Positions 23,196-33,894 of a stretch of 64,000 bases of DNA are shown in pieces. This stretch comes from Picochlorum sp. SENEW3 (lineage: Eukaryota). The DNA lies in assembly GCA_034226945.1 (NCBI GenBank), contig CP120457.1, forward strand, positions 868,001 to 932,000, written 5' to 3'. Within the stretch, counting starts at the first letter, position 1; every line of letters begins with the position of its first letter. The position numbers and the translations under genes are program-made. The notes beneath the pieces are model-generated. The model was not told the DNA's origin. It did no database searches and saw only the letters and a list, made by a program, of their open reading frames with translations.

Positions 23196-24431
23196 ATGGG
23201 GTATAAAGGTTGTATATACCATGGTGGGTCATCGCCATTGGTCTCCCAGTCGACTGGGAGCAGGTGTATGGCCATACGGACAAGAGCACTGTCATCTGGT
23301 GGAGATGATAGGATTCTTTGGCTGCATGCGCATGAGAAGGGTCATATCACATCGATGCTGGAAAGTGGACTCGGTAATAGGTGCTCTCTTGTGGTAGATG
23401 AGGCTGATATTGACAATGGGCGTCTACAGGACTGGCAGCGTCTAGGAACTCTTGGGGACATTATTGTCATGAGGGAGGGTGGTACCCTGGAAGAATGGAG
23501 CTCTGATGGAATTGGCAATGTTATAGGAGAGTACTGGGAGGTTTGTGGACCAGAGGATGTGAAAATGGTGGAAGATTTGGCCAAGGGAGAGGCGTTTGAG
23601 CATAACCATCATGTTGTCATGGATGCCAAGGATTGGAAAGTCATTCCAGTGGAAAACGTGATTGCTGCGTTTCAAAAGAGAGATGATATGAAACTGCTGA
23701 TTGCCGTGAGTGATGTCGAGGAGGCTGAGCTGATGTTATCCATTATGGAAAATGGATCTGATGGTCTTGTGTTTTTGCCTCCTCCAGGTGACGGTGGAGG
23801 CTCCATGGTGAGAAATGTTGCCGCATTTGTGGAGAAAAGAATGAATGGTTTAGAAGATACAAGGAAGTACCAGATAGGGCGGGTGACGAAAGTGAAACAA
23901 CTGGGCTTGGGGGATCGAGCTTGTATTGATTTGGCAGAGAATCTGTCTCCAGGACAGGGTTTGTTCCTTTCTAGCTTTGCTAGAGGCTTTTTCCTGGTTC
24001 ATAGTGAATGTGAAGAGACGTCATATATCAATTCACGACCGTTCAGGGTGAATGCAGGGCCAGTACATTCATACATTGACCTTGGAGACATGACTGGTTA
24101 TGTGGCAGAGATCAAGTCGGGTGATGAAGTGACAGTGTTTGATCAAGACGGCAATTCAAAACGTTCTGTTGTTGGAAGAGTGAAATTAGAGAAGCGACCC
24201 CTTGTTATGATTGAAGCCGAGGGCATAGATAGCGGAATATCATACAGCATCATGCTGCAGAATGCAGAAACTGTCAAGTTGGTTGGGCCAGAGGATGCAT
24301 CCACATCAGGGTGGAAAACTCTCTCGGTTTCTGAGATCAGTGAAGGGGATCAGGTGTACCTGTTCGAGTATCTTGAGAGTGGTGCTCGTCATACCGGTAT
24401 ATTAATAAACGAAACAATAAATGAATATTAG
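23196..24431 (+). CDS. 3-dehydroquinate synthase II (archaeal AroB'-type) homolog, probably plastid-targeted
   Basis: DWKVIPVENVIA, GDRACID, LVHSE, RPFRVNAGPVHSY, VGRVKLEKRPL, LQNAETVKL and ARHTG motifs; start uncertain. Confidence 0.88.
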   Translation: MGYKGCIYHGGSSPLVSQSTGSRCMAIRTRALSSGGDDRILWLHAHEKGHITSMLESGLGNRCSLVVDEADIDNGRLQDWQRLGTLGDIIVMREGGTLEEWSSDGIGNVIGEYWEVCGPEDVKMVEDLAKGEAFEHNHHVVMDAKDWKVIPVENVIAAFQKRDDMKLLIAVSDVEEAELMLSIMENGSDGLVFLPPPGDGGGSMVRNVAAFVEKRMNGLEDTRKYQIGRVTKVKQLGLGDRACIDLAENLSPGQGLFLSSFARGFFLVHSECEETSYINSRPFRVNAGPVHSYIDLGDMTGYVAEIKSGDEVTVFDQDGNSKRSVVGRVKLEKRPLVMIEAEGIDSGISYSIMLQNAETVKLVGPEDASTSGWKTLSVSEISEGDQVYLFEYLESGARHTGILINETINEY

Positions 24432-25486
24432 ACAGGATGTAGACCCTGTTTGAACAATTGACCAAATGTAGCACGTCTAGGGCTGCTCATGTGCTGTAAA
24501 ATAAAATCAACCATTGTAAGAAAGACTTGCTTATTCATTCCACAGTTTAAAAGAACATTACGGTTTACGAGTGCCGCAAACTCGTCATCAGAGACAAGGT
24601 CACGAATGTCTTCAATCATCCTCTCAGCAATCATGCGCTCTTGTGTCAAATACTGCCAAGAAATATTCAGCCCAGAGCTATCCACCCAATTGTGATTGAT
24701 TGATAGAGAATTGTCGAGGTTAAAAACTTGGTGATACCAATTTGCTGGAACGTAAAAGATCTGTCCTGGATATTGCACTATGTGTGTGATCAGTTCTTTG
24801 GCTGACTCACTCTGTTCAAAATCCTGCATGTGACAGATACCTTGTTCATTTTCGACAAGACTCGAATATTTTGGGTGAAGAAGCTTCCATTCTTTCCTAC
24901 CCGCAATTTGTGCACTCCAGGAATTTGAACGAATAACATCTGTATGTAGCCGTGTCTTACTACCAGCCGGCCCCAAATAGCAGAATTTGTAGTCTGCATC
25001 CCGGTCGGGTAAATCACTAAATGAATTCAATACACCGCGTTCATCTTTCTCAAACCAATCATTTAGCCAGTCATCACGAAAGTAGCATGGCGTATTGTAG
25101 GCACAATACTGTTTGTGCTCCTTGGCAAAATGCCAGTCCTTCAAGTAGAACAGCCTTGCAGGATCCTTCCATATATATTCTCTTGATGCCCTCTCCCAAT
25201 ATATGTCAGAGCAGAATTCAGACAAGGTCATCGTTGTCTTTTCCCCTGTCTCAGAATCCACGACAGGAACAACCGATGAACCAAAATGTTTACTCAAAAA
25301 GTCAAGGTCTGGCGACTGCGTCTCTCCAGACGACTCAAGAACCCATTCTCTGCAACACCGCCAATCCTTCATACAATCTGTAATAATGACAGGAATTTTA
25401 ACATCCAAATACTTGCTCTGGAAATCATGGAGAGATAACTCCGTGGCAGAAACCACGTCAATTTCTCCGTGTTTATTTTGAGACAT
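24428..25486 (-). CDS. JMJD4: JmjC 2-oxoglutarate dioxygenase, JMJD4-like
   Basis: YLKDWH, DDWLN, DYKFCYLGP, HxD (LHTD), WYHQV and SINHNW motifs. Confidence 0.88.
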   Translation of the reverse strand: MSQNKHGEIDVVSATELSLHDFQSKYLDVKIPVIITDCMKDWRCCREWVLESSGETQSPDLDFLSKHFGSSVVPVVDSETGEKTTMTLSEFCSDIYWERASREYIWKDPARLFYLKDWHFAKEHKQYCAYNTPCYFRDDWLNDWFEKDERGVLNSFSDLPDRDADYKFCYLGPAGSKTRLHTDVIRSNSWSAQIAGRKEWKLLHPKYSSLVENEQGICHMQDFEQSESAKELITHIVQYPGQIFYVPANWYHQVFNLDNSLSINHNWVDSSGLNISWQYLTQERMIAERMIEDIRDLVSDDEFAALVNRNVLLNCGMNKQVFLTMVDFILQHMSSPRRATFGQLFKQGLHPV

Positions 25487-25603
25487 GCACGGGACTCAAA
25501 CACGGTGAAGGAGTCATTTCCTCATGAATTATACATTACAAATGCGAAACGTGTACATATTAATGAATATTGTATTACATACAGGCTGCCGCGATGGTTC
25601 CAA

Positions 25604-28358
25604 TCAATAATCAGCGACAGAGTGCGACTTGAGTTTGGTACCCCAGGAAGCATTCAGAGATTTTGGATCCTGAATGCTCTGAGTTTGCGCCACTGTTGAG
25701 TTGTATGCTGCATTCAGATCCACCTCATTCTGCATTTCTGATGATTGTCGCGCAATGCCGGACGACTGAGATACGCTATCATCTCTTGTCGCAGAAGATT
25801 GCTTCTCCATCGAATCTGATCGCTGATCTTCCTTGATGCTAACCTTGCCATTCCTGGCCAATGTATCTCCTAAAATTCTTCTCAATTCAGCAATAATTTC
25901 TTGGAAACAGGGTCTATCCTCCTGTATATGGGACCAGCATCTCTTCATGAGGGCGACATAATCCTCAAGGCCCTCAAAGCTTCCTGTATCTGGGCCGGGC
26001 AAGTCATACCGTGTTGGAATGGAGAGGCGTCCTCCTTCCATGACCAATGTAACCACCTGCCAAGGATTTGTCACTCCCCAAGGGAGTTCCCAGGTCATGA
26101 GCTCCCACATGACAATTGCAAATGAGTAAACATCCGAAGCAAAGGTGGCATTATTGCCACCTAAAATCTCTGGGGCTAACCATCTTGGATTCGTTGCTGC
26201 CATTGAACTCATCACTGTGCTATCATCCAGCAGTTTTGAGAGGTTGAAATCCGATACTTTAACCCTCCAGTGCTTATCAACCAGGAGATTTGGAGATTTT
26301 AAATCCCTATGGATAATCGGCGGTGCATGATTGTGCAAGTACAACATGCCCTTTGCCGCATCTAACGCCATATTCAATCGTCTGGACCAATCAAGCATAC
26401 TAGCTTTAGCTGGAGATGCCTTTGCCCCACGAAGGACATCTGTTAAACTTCCTCTCGCACAGAACTCTGTAACAATGCATGGGGGATCCAAACAAACTCC
26501 GAGGAAGCTGACGACATTTGGATGCCTAAGTGCTGCCATCATATTACTCTCTTTCGCGAGACTGGAGAGGACAGGGTTACTCAATGCGAGTTGGCTGTCC
26601 TCGTCTGCGGAATTCATGCTCAGGAGTATTTTAACTGCTACTAATGTTTCGTTCCATTTTGCCAAATACACTCTTCCAAAAGAGCCCTCACCAATCTGCC
26701 TCTCCATTTGCAAGTCGTTGAAATTCACTGTCCACAATTTCACGTCCAATCCAATGGCTGCAGAGGATGGCACTCTACCATGTGCAGGGGACAGATTTCC
26801 GCTCTCTAGACTGACAGAGTTCTGGCTGCCTATTGATTGTTGCTTTTGAATGGAGCTTTGACTCTGGGAGCGTGCATGCATGATGGCCCCTTTAAGGAAC
26901 AGGTCATTTAAATCTTGACCTCTTTGGTCGGGAACTGGAAATTCATTTCCAGGCTCAATGGATTTGAAATTATCAGCATCCTCTATTTTTCCTGATCTGT
27001 CTCTCTTTGGTCTACAGAGGAAGAAAAGCAGAAGAAGCAATAGCACTAAAGCAGCAGCTCCCCCCACAGCAATTCCAACAATTGCTCCTGTGCTCAGACT
27101 AGAGGATGAGCTAGGAACGGGAACAGGTGGAGAATTGCTTGGTGTGACTGGAGATGGTGGTGTCGGAATAATAGATGGGCTTGGAGGTGGTGGTGGAGGA
27201 GAAGCAGGAGGCGGTGGCAAGTCTGGATTACAACTGGGAAGGCTGTTTAGCTGAACAAGCTGCCCACCCTGGGCTTCTGCCCATGTTGGGCCCGGTGGCA
27301 AGTCCCCACACACCCTATTCTCACCAGACTGAGGCATGATGACAATGGCATTTCCATCTCTGACTGTTTGAGCAAAATAATCCGGAATAAAGGTATTCAG
27401 ATTATTATTGTTCACGCGCAGTATCTTCAGATTGCTGAAAGACCACTTTGGGAAGAAACCCAATAAATTACTCTCCAAATTGAAACTTTCAAGCTTTTGA
27501 CATCCTGCGTTCAAACAACAATGCTTTCAAATCGCAAAAATGAAAAGAAATATATAGAAAAGTGCACCTACCTTGCATTCCAAAGTCCGCTGGCCCACCA
27601 ACCAATTGATTGAAACTCAAATCCAAACTTTGCAAGTTTGGCAAGGCTCCTGCATTGTTGAATGACGTGGGGATTGAGCCACCCAATTTGTTCCTGGAGA
27701 AATTGATCGATCTCAAACCAGAAAGTGAACTGTCTGCTAAAGAGCTAGAAATCGTTCCCTCCATGCCCAAGTTGGAAAGATCCAGGTTCTCAACACCCCC
27801 CTGGTTATTGCACCTTACACCACTCCAAGAGCACTCATTTGTGCCATCTTCCCAGGAATTGAATTCTGATATCGTATCCGCGTTCTGAATTCCACCTTTA
27901 AAATTTTGAAGCGCCTGGGCTTGTGGGCTATTCTGTGGAGGAGGAGGAGGAGGAGGAGGGGAAGGAGAAGGTGGTTCTGGCACCGGCTCTGGAGATGGCT
28001 CTGGCACCGGCTCTGGAGGTGGCTCTGGCACCGGATCCGGTGATGGTTCTGGGACAGGAGACGGCGATTCATCTACCACTTCTGGAGAATTATCAATCGG
28101 CCCGGGTGGAACATCTGCATCAGGCAGTGGCCCAGTGGATGGGGCCTCTGCAAGAACATCTTCATATGCCATTTCCATTTGAAGGGCTGGAGCTATACTA
28201 GGAGATTCAGATTTGATCGCCCCTGGCGCTGATACCTGCGTGATCTCTCGCAGACTTCTTCGACTAGCGCCCATCGACACAGTCGAAAAGAGCACGGTCA
28301 AGAAAAGCAGTCTCATACAAACAACCGAGGTTGAGGGTAACGACGGCATGATGGACAT
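25604..28358 (-). CDS. LRR receptor-like kinase: signal peptide, Pro-rich region, LRRNT/LRRs, Pro-rich region, TM helix, Raf/CTR1-like TKL kinase; intron 27571-27505
   Basis: SW...CSWSGVRC cap, LxxLDLSxNxLxG repeats, TM GAIVGIAVGG...LLLLFFLC, kinase GEGSFG/HRDLKSPNLL/DFNLS/WLAPE. Confidence 0.9.
27973..28058. repeat. 24-bp coding tandem repeat, about 3.5 copies (PEPSPEPV), next to a poly-Pro (gga)n tract
   Basis: gg(t/c)tctggcaccggctctggag(a/g)t units. Confidence 0.85.
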
Positions 28359-29314
28359 CTCACCACCACTTCCTTACTCTCTTCTTCTAAATCCTATAAC
28401 AGATCAAATCCTATCACTATACTAATCCTGGTATACCTACGCGTCGTCATAGAAATCATTGTCAGCAAGAGCACATCACCCATCATCTCCACGTTTCTAG
28501 GGACTGTCCTCGGCAAGAGGGCGAGCAACTACCTTCCTGCAACGCGTCTATCAACCTAGCACCCCCGTCCTTTGGATACTTGTTCCCTCCCCATCAAAGG
28601 ATGAAACTTTATAGATTATCAATACTATTGACGATGCTAAGAAGACCCTCTTCGCTGGATATCGAGCAACCTGTCCAATCAGCCCGAGGCAGCGAAACAC
28701 GTCAGGGGAGTTGGCAATGTGCCAGAAGCGGACGCAGAGCGAGGGAGATATCCTAGTTCAATAATTTATAATTATATAAATGTGAAAAGAACGCACCATG
28801 TCGGAAATCCCAATCTTCTCGAAAACGGTCGGCAAAGCCGTGTCTCGCCCCTTGAGTGACCCACTCTACACAGTGATACAGACAAAGACTGGCTTTTGAG
28901 TACAGTGAAATTGATCAAGTTGATTATGCGCTGCTGATCTGTGTCTGCCCGAACCATGAACAGTCCAGTCCTTGCAACATGCCATTGACGCGTTCCATTC
29001 CACTCCTATCAATGGATTGGTTTGATGGTAGCACATATCAGATTGCTCTCCCTTGTCGATACAAATTCATGGTTTTGGTACGATACGAGGCATTTTATAC
29101 ATACAGTTATTGGCAACATAAAAAGACGAATAGGGTGGAGCATTCTGTCTAGATCTATACGGTATTCATGAATAAAATAAAATAAGAAACTGATCTGCCA
29201 TGTGCAATGCTGCAAGTCACAGGGTTTGACGGAGTTGCTCCTCCCTAACACGGGCTCATGATGTTGAAAGATATATCACAGGCGTTTCCGTGGGTTTAGA
29301 CCCCGAGTTGATTC

Positions 29315-30808
29315 ATGGATGCTATTGACAGAGAGTTGCTGCTTCTGGCACTCGTCTTCTCTCAGAACATGCACCATGGTGTGGACAGTGTTGTTCAAGG
29401 TGTGCGCTCATCCCTTTTGGATGTCTCCCTTGAAGCGGATGTTCATGTTCAGTTGACACGCGTGGGAGTGAAACAGCAGTACATGGTTGCCGAGGTTGGT
29501 GATGTTGTGTTCCTCACCTTGCCAGGCACAAGGGCACTGCGAGATCTATTGGTGGATGGGAATGTGTCGAGAAGAAGGATACCTTTTGGATTTGTTCACG
29601 GAGGATTTCTGGAGCAGTCTTTGTCAATCCCTGTGGAAGAGTTGTACAGACTTTTTGTGTACAAGGGTGGGAAAAGGCTGGTCTTGTGTGGGCATTCCTT
29701 GGGAGGTGCTTTGGCCGTGCTGTGTACGATCCGAATGTTGCAGATTCTTGATCAGGATTCCCGAGATATGAAGGCGATTCGGTGTTTCACGTTTGGATCT
29801 CCTGGTGTTGGAGATGAAAGAGTGAAAAGGCACGTTCAAAGGAGAGGATGGGACAAGGAGATTGTCAACATTGTTGTGGATGATGATCCCATTGCATACA
29901 TGACGGGGTACTATAAGCATATTGGAACAGTTGTACGCTTTAGAAGAACTGGAGCTCTGACGCTTGAAAAGCATCGGATGCGAAACTATTTAAAGCATGT
30001 GCGTAGTTTCATCTCTAGCAGACCTGAAGCACAAACTGTCCATTGTGAGCCTGGTGCTCTGATACCATCTCCACAGATCACACGTATCTTTTGTCGTAGC
30101 ACATCACGATACATATGCATACAAGGAGAGAATTTAGGCCTTGTGACGCATATAGGTATTGTTCATCCGGCATCAGGTGATGCCACTGTGGGGTCATGCA
30201 AGATTATTGAAAAGACGCATGCTCGCCTGGTGGCATGGTACGAGGAAAATGCACGATCGTTTGGGAATGGATGCTGCGAACCTCATGCATTGATTCATAC
30301 AGATTTTCACACGTCTCTGTTTCCCGTACGAATGGTGCGCAGCGTTGTCTGGGTCCTGTCAACATCTGGTACGATGGAGTATTCAGGGCTGCATCACTGT
30401 CTACTCCATGGTGCTGATGTTTGGGATGTTACTGCCAAACTCCTATCTGTTATAAATGAGAAGAATTTTATATCAGTGATCAAAGCCCTCAGTGCCTATT
30501 TTGCTGGGGATGGAAAATCCTCAATCTCCAGCGTATTGAAAAGCATCCCTGACCCGAATTGTATACTGATACATAGCAACCACATTCTTGATGATATTTT
30601 TTACGATGCTTTGTACCAGCTAAGTGGAAGGATGACAGTATTGCTATCTCACACAGAATTTCTTAGTGCAGAGTTGACAAGGAAGATTAAAACACTTAGC
30701 GGTGCCCATACTGTACTAGATCTTCAGAGAGGTATAGAAACATCCATTGGTATCTTTATGGAATCCCAACAACAACAAAATTTACAGTATCAACATAGTA
30801 GATTATAA
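29315..30808 (+). CDS. Class 3 lipase family protein
   Basis: PGT, VHGGF, LVLCGHSLGGALA, TFGSPGVG and DDPI motifs. Confidence 0.88.
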   Translation: MDAIDRELLLLALVFSQNMHHGVDSVVQGVRSSLLDVSLEADVHVQLTRVGVKQQYMVAEVGDVVFLTLPGTRALRDLLVDGNVSRRRIPFGFVHGGFLEQSLSIPVEELYRLFVYKGGKRLVLCGHSLGGALAVLCTIRMLQILDQDSRDMKAIRCFTFGSPGVGDERVKRHVQRRGWDKEIVNIVVDDDPIAYMTGYYKHIGTVVRFRRTGALTLEKHRMRNYLKHVRSFISSRPEAQTVHCEPGALIPSPQITRIFCRSTSRYICIQGENLGLVTHIGIVHPASGDATVGSCKIIEKTHARLVAWYEENARSFGNGCCEPHALIHTDFHTSLFPVRMVRSVVWVLSTSGTMEYSGLHHCLLHGADVWDVTAKLLSVINEKNFISVIKALSAYFAGDGKSSISSVLKSIPDPNCILIHSNHILDDIFYDALYQLSGRMTVLLSHTEFLSAELTRKIKTLSGAHTVLDLQRGIETSIGIFMESQQQQNLQYQHSRL

Positions 30809-30816
30809 AATACAGT

Positions 30817-32388
30817 TTAGATGAATGAAACCTGTCTAGTAGTTTCCCAACTGTTTCGTGACCACATCCGAACTATCAGGGTCGTGATATCATCCCGCGA
30901 TCCCAGTGACTGAGCCTCTCGAACAATAGCTGCAGCAATCTCTGAAACCGTTCCATGGGAGTCTTCATCTACCTTGATAGCTATGGCTCCTACCTGGTCA
31001 ATTGATAGTACATCCCAGACTCCATCTGAGGCTATGATGAGAATGGCACCATGGTTTGCATCAATCTCATGAGCTGGACTGATTGATGGCTCTGCGGATA
31101 AACCCAAGTCCTCATCCTTCAAAAATCTATCACCTAGTGCTCTGGCGAGATTAAGCCCATATAGTCTACGTGTCTCCTCTCCGATAGGAATGCCATTCCG
31201 TTCCAATCGCTCTCGTTCCCTGGGATTTGAAAGACGATGATCTTCAGTGAGATTGTGGATAGTTTTCTTATCGCCTGTTTCTGGCAATGTAATTAAAATT
31301 GCCATCGAATCCCCAACATTGGCCCCTTGGATATATACATGATCATCATGCAGCTTCCAAATCAGGATGGATGTTGCAGTGCATCCCGCTTCATCAGCAA
31401 TTCTGTCATCTGCGGCTAAGAACGCATCATGCAGCGGTGTCTTGAATTCTTTTGTACTATATGATTCTGGGTTGATTTTCTCACGATCGACCGTCTCCTG
31501 CACTCGCATGGCTATCTCCTCTGGTAGCGCTGAACTGGCTGCCTCGGCTGCAGTCCTGCCACAGTGTCCATCAAAAACACAAAAGAGCGACGCATACATC
31601 GAATCTGTATTCATGAAGGGAGATTGTACAGTCGTCACATCTTCTATTTCTTGACTCTTACGCGCATGGTCCCGCCCAGTGCAAGAAACAATGCAGCACT
31701 CAAACCTCAGCTCCTCTGACACTGCAACACAAACTGCATTTGAACTCGGACTTGCATCCAACTTTGGCGACACAAGAGAGTGAAATGATGGCACCCTATT
31801 CTTGAATATTGTTAAACTTTTGGGAAATGACTCTGCAGAAAGACTATGCCGCCTATCACTCGACTCTGCTGCCGCCATCTCCTCGGGCATGAGGGACACT
31901 TTGAGCCGAGTCATGGATCCCAACTGTATCATGTCATCAGCACTCAACCTATACAAATCTCCCTTCACCTTGTGCTCCCTCGATATTTTCTCTCCATTCA
32001 AAAACGTCCCATTCAAGGACCCTTCATCAAATATCGTCCAACAACCCCGCGGATAGCTCCACTGGAGCGTTGCATGCCGACCCGACACTTCAGCATCATG
32101 GCACACCAGCATATTCGAAGGCGCTCGCCCAATCAAGATGGCGTCCTGCTCAGACCCCACGCAGAGCTTTGTTTCTGAACAAGCCCCAGCTATCACATCG
32201 ATTTGAATAGCAAGCCTCGCGTGAGACCCTAGTTCGTCGTCGTCGTCAGTGTCGGACGTGAGTTTTCTTTCACTCGCTGTGCTCTTCATCGTCGAAGAAA
32301 CTAGCTTCATTCTAGATTCCAAGTTTAATAGGTCTTCGCTCATCCTAAATGGTGGGAAATTATCCCCATCATCGTCGTCCTGACTCAT
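30817..32388 (-). CDS. FHA + PP2C phosphatase (KAPP-like)
   Basis: FHA: IGR, VSGRHA, GSLNGTFLNG. PP2C: VFDGHCG, ANVGDS, ARALGD, ASDGVWD, DDIT. Confidence 0.9.
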   Translation of the reverse strand: MSQDDDDGDNFPPFRMSEDLLNLESRMKLVSSTMKSTASERKLTSDTDDDDELGSHARLAIQIDVIAGACSETKLCVGSEQDAILIGRAPSNMLVCHDAEVSGRHATLQWSYPRGCWTIFDEGSLNGTFLNGEKISREHKVKGDLYRLSADDMIQLGSMTRLKVSLMPEEMAAAESSDRRHSLSAESFPKSLTIFKNRVPSFHSLVSPKLDASPSSNAVCVAVSEELRFECCIVSCTGRDHARKSQEIEDVTTVQSPFMNTDSMYASLFCVFDGHCGRTAAEAASSALPEEIAMRVQETVDREKINPESYSTKEFKTPLHDAFLAADDRIADEAGCTATSILIWKLHDDHVYIQGANVGDSMAILITLPETGDKKTIHNLTEDHRLSNPRERERLERNGIPIGEETRRLYGLNLARALGDRFLKDEDLGLSAEPSISPAHEIDANHGAILIIASDGVWDVLSIDQVGAIAIKVDEDSHGTVSEIAAAIVREAQSLGSRDDITTLIVRMWSRNSWETTRQVSFI

Positions 32389-32668
32389 ATTCTTCGCTGC
32401 ATGAGTTGCAAAACCGCGGAGGATTGATTGATATCACACAGTATCTATTACTAGATACATTTGAATGAAAATAGTATCGAGAATAATGCACACTTGTTAC
32501 GGGCCTATGAGTTTGAGTATACAATGCGCGTATGCTTTTTTCTTAAAAACAGTTTTCAAAACAAACTAATTAAGGCAGTTTTTTTGGATGGATGGAAAAG
32601 ATCACGTGCTCTACGGCATGATTGTGTATTAAAAAAAAAGAAAAAGTACTGTTTATTATTAGTGCAAC

Positions 32669-33469
32669 ATGGGAAAGCAGGGAAAGCAGAAGAAGAGAAC
32701 GAGGGACGCAGAAGAGGAGGACGAGACTCTGCATGCTGCGTCTGATGAGAGCGATACAATCGATACTACTAGTACTTCTACCAGTAGCAGTGAGGAGGAA
32801 GGTGATGACGATAGTGAGGGGGCTTTTGATACGATTGATGTAGACTTTGAGTTTTTTGACCCAGACCAGAGTGATTTTCATGGTATCAAGACGCTGCTGA
32901 CCAATTATTTGGATGGCAAAGAGTACAACTGTTCAGATTTCGTAGACGAGGTGATGGGTAGTCAAGGGAGCACGGTTATCAAGTGTGGTGATGGTGAGAA
33001 TGTGATTGGTATTGCTGCTGTGGTGGATATTGGAACCAGCTCCCTCTTTGGAGTTTTGGATTTTATCGAGGGAAAATGTCCTGAAGACATGTTGCCTGCG
33101 TTGAAAGAACTAAAGAATGCCAAGTTTATTGTGAGCGAAAGGTTGATGAATAGTCCACCACAGCTTGCACCGCCGCTGATGGATGCCATCTTGGATGGAC
33201 GAGAGGATGGGACGGAACATTACATCCTACTTGGAAGAGCGTACAAGGATAACAGTACGCCGTCCTCCAAAGGGTTCAAACTTATATTTGCTCTCCCAGA
33301 ATACCAGTTTCTGTATGATGCATCCAGAATCAAGTTTGAATTTGAAGTGGCTGCAGGTGGACACTATGCGCGAGAGAAGGATGATCTGAGGCCCATGCGC
33401 TTTGTCTGTTGCATTGATAGAACGTCATTGAATACAGCGCTTGGTGCTATGAAGAAAGTCATTCAGTAG
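32669..33469 (+). CDS. BCCIP: BCCIP/Bcp1 family protein
   Basis: Acidic N-terminus; VDFEFFDP..DFHGIKTLL and SERLMNSPPQLAPPL motifs. Confidence 0.88.
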   Translation: MGKQGKQKKRTRDAEEEDETLHAASDESDTIDTTSTSTSSSEEEGDDDSEGAFDTIDVDFEFFDPDQSDFHGIKTLLTNYLDGKEYNCSDFVDEVMGSQGSTVIKCGDGENVIGIAAVVDIGTSSLFGVLDFIEGKCPEDMLPALKELKNAKFIVSERLMNSPPQLAPPLMDAILDGREDGTEHYILLGRAYKDNSTPSSKGFKLIFALPEYQFLYDASRIKFEFEVAAGGHYAREKDDLRPMRFVCCIDRTSLNTALGAMKKVIQ

Positions 33470-33471
33470 TA

Positions 33472-33717
33472 AAGAAGAAGCTATTTATCAAAGGAGCAGC
33501 TCCAAACATGCCTTTCTATCAAACATTCAAAGAGCATGCAACAAAGCAAGCAAAGGTGTACAGGCCGAAGCGATGCAGAAACAACACCTGTATTAGAATA
33601 GTATGGAACAGGGATGTGAATGCTGCAATCAACATGATACTCAAGATGCTATGGAGAGTGCTGTGTGGAGACTGCCCTAGAGATTTCGCAAGAAGGCAAC
33701 AACAACATGATGAGTAA
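33472..33717 (+). pseudogene. Truncated Fanzor/TnpB-like nuclease C-terminus (transposon relic)
   Basis: KVYRPKRCRNNTCIRIVWNRDVNAAINM...GDCPRDFAR resembles the second zinc-finger half, RuvC-III (RDxNAAxN) and tail of Fanzor1; RuvC-I/II and the first CxxC are missing. Confidence 0.7.
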
Positions 33718-33820
33718 ATACATTTGATGAGTGCCATTGTGTGAAGATCATTTGCCTGCTACGTGTGTATGTATACGTTACATATCCTTGTGAAAAAGGA
33801 AAAAGAAAATGTAAACGATA

Positions 33821-33894
33821 TGCCCCCACACCGGATCGAACGGCGGACCTTGAGAACTTCAGTCTCACGCTCTCCCAAACTGAGCTATAGAGGC
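33821..33894 (-). tRNA. trnF: tRNA-Phe(GAA), intronless
   Basis: GCCTCTA TAGCTCAGTTTGGGAGAGC G TGAGA CTGAAGT TCTCA AGGTC CGCCG TTCGATC CGGTG TGGGGGC A folds as a full cloverleaf; oligo-T Pol III terminator downstream (A-runs at ~33793-33809 on +). Confidence 0.95.

Noticed and set aside
28400..29300. About 900-bp intergenic region with short ORFs
   Set aside because: No coding or RNA signature recognised; consistent with a divergent promoter region
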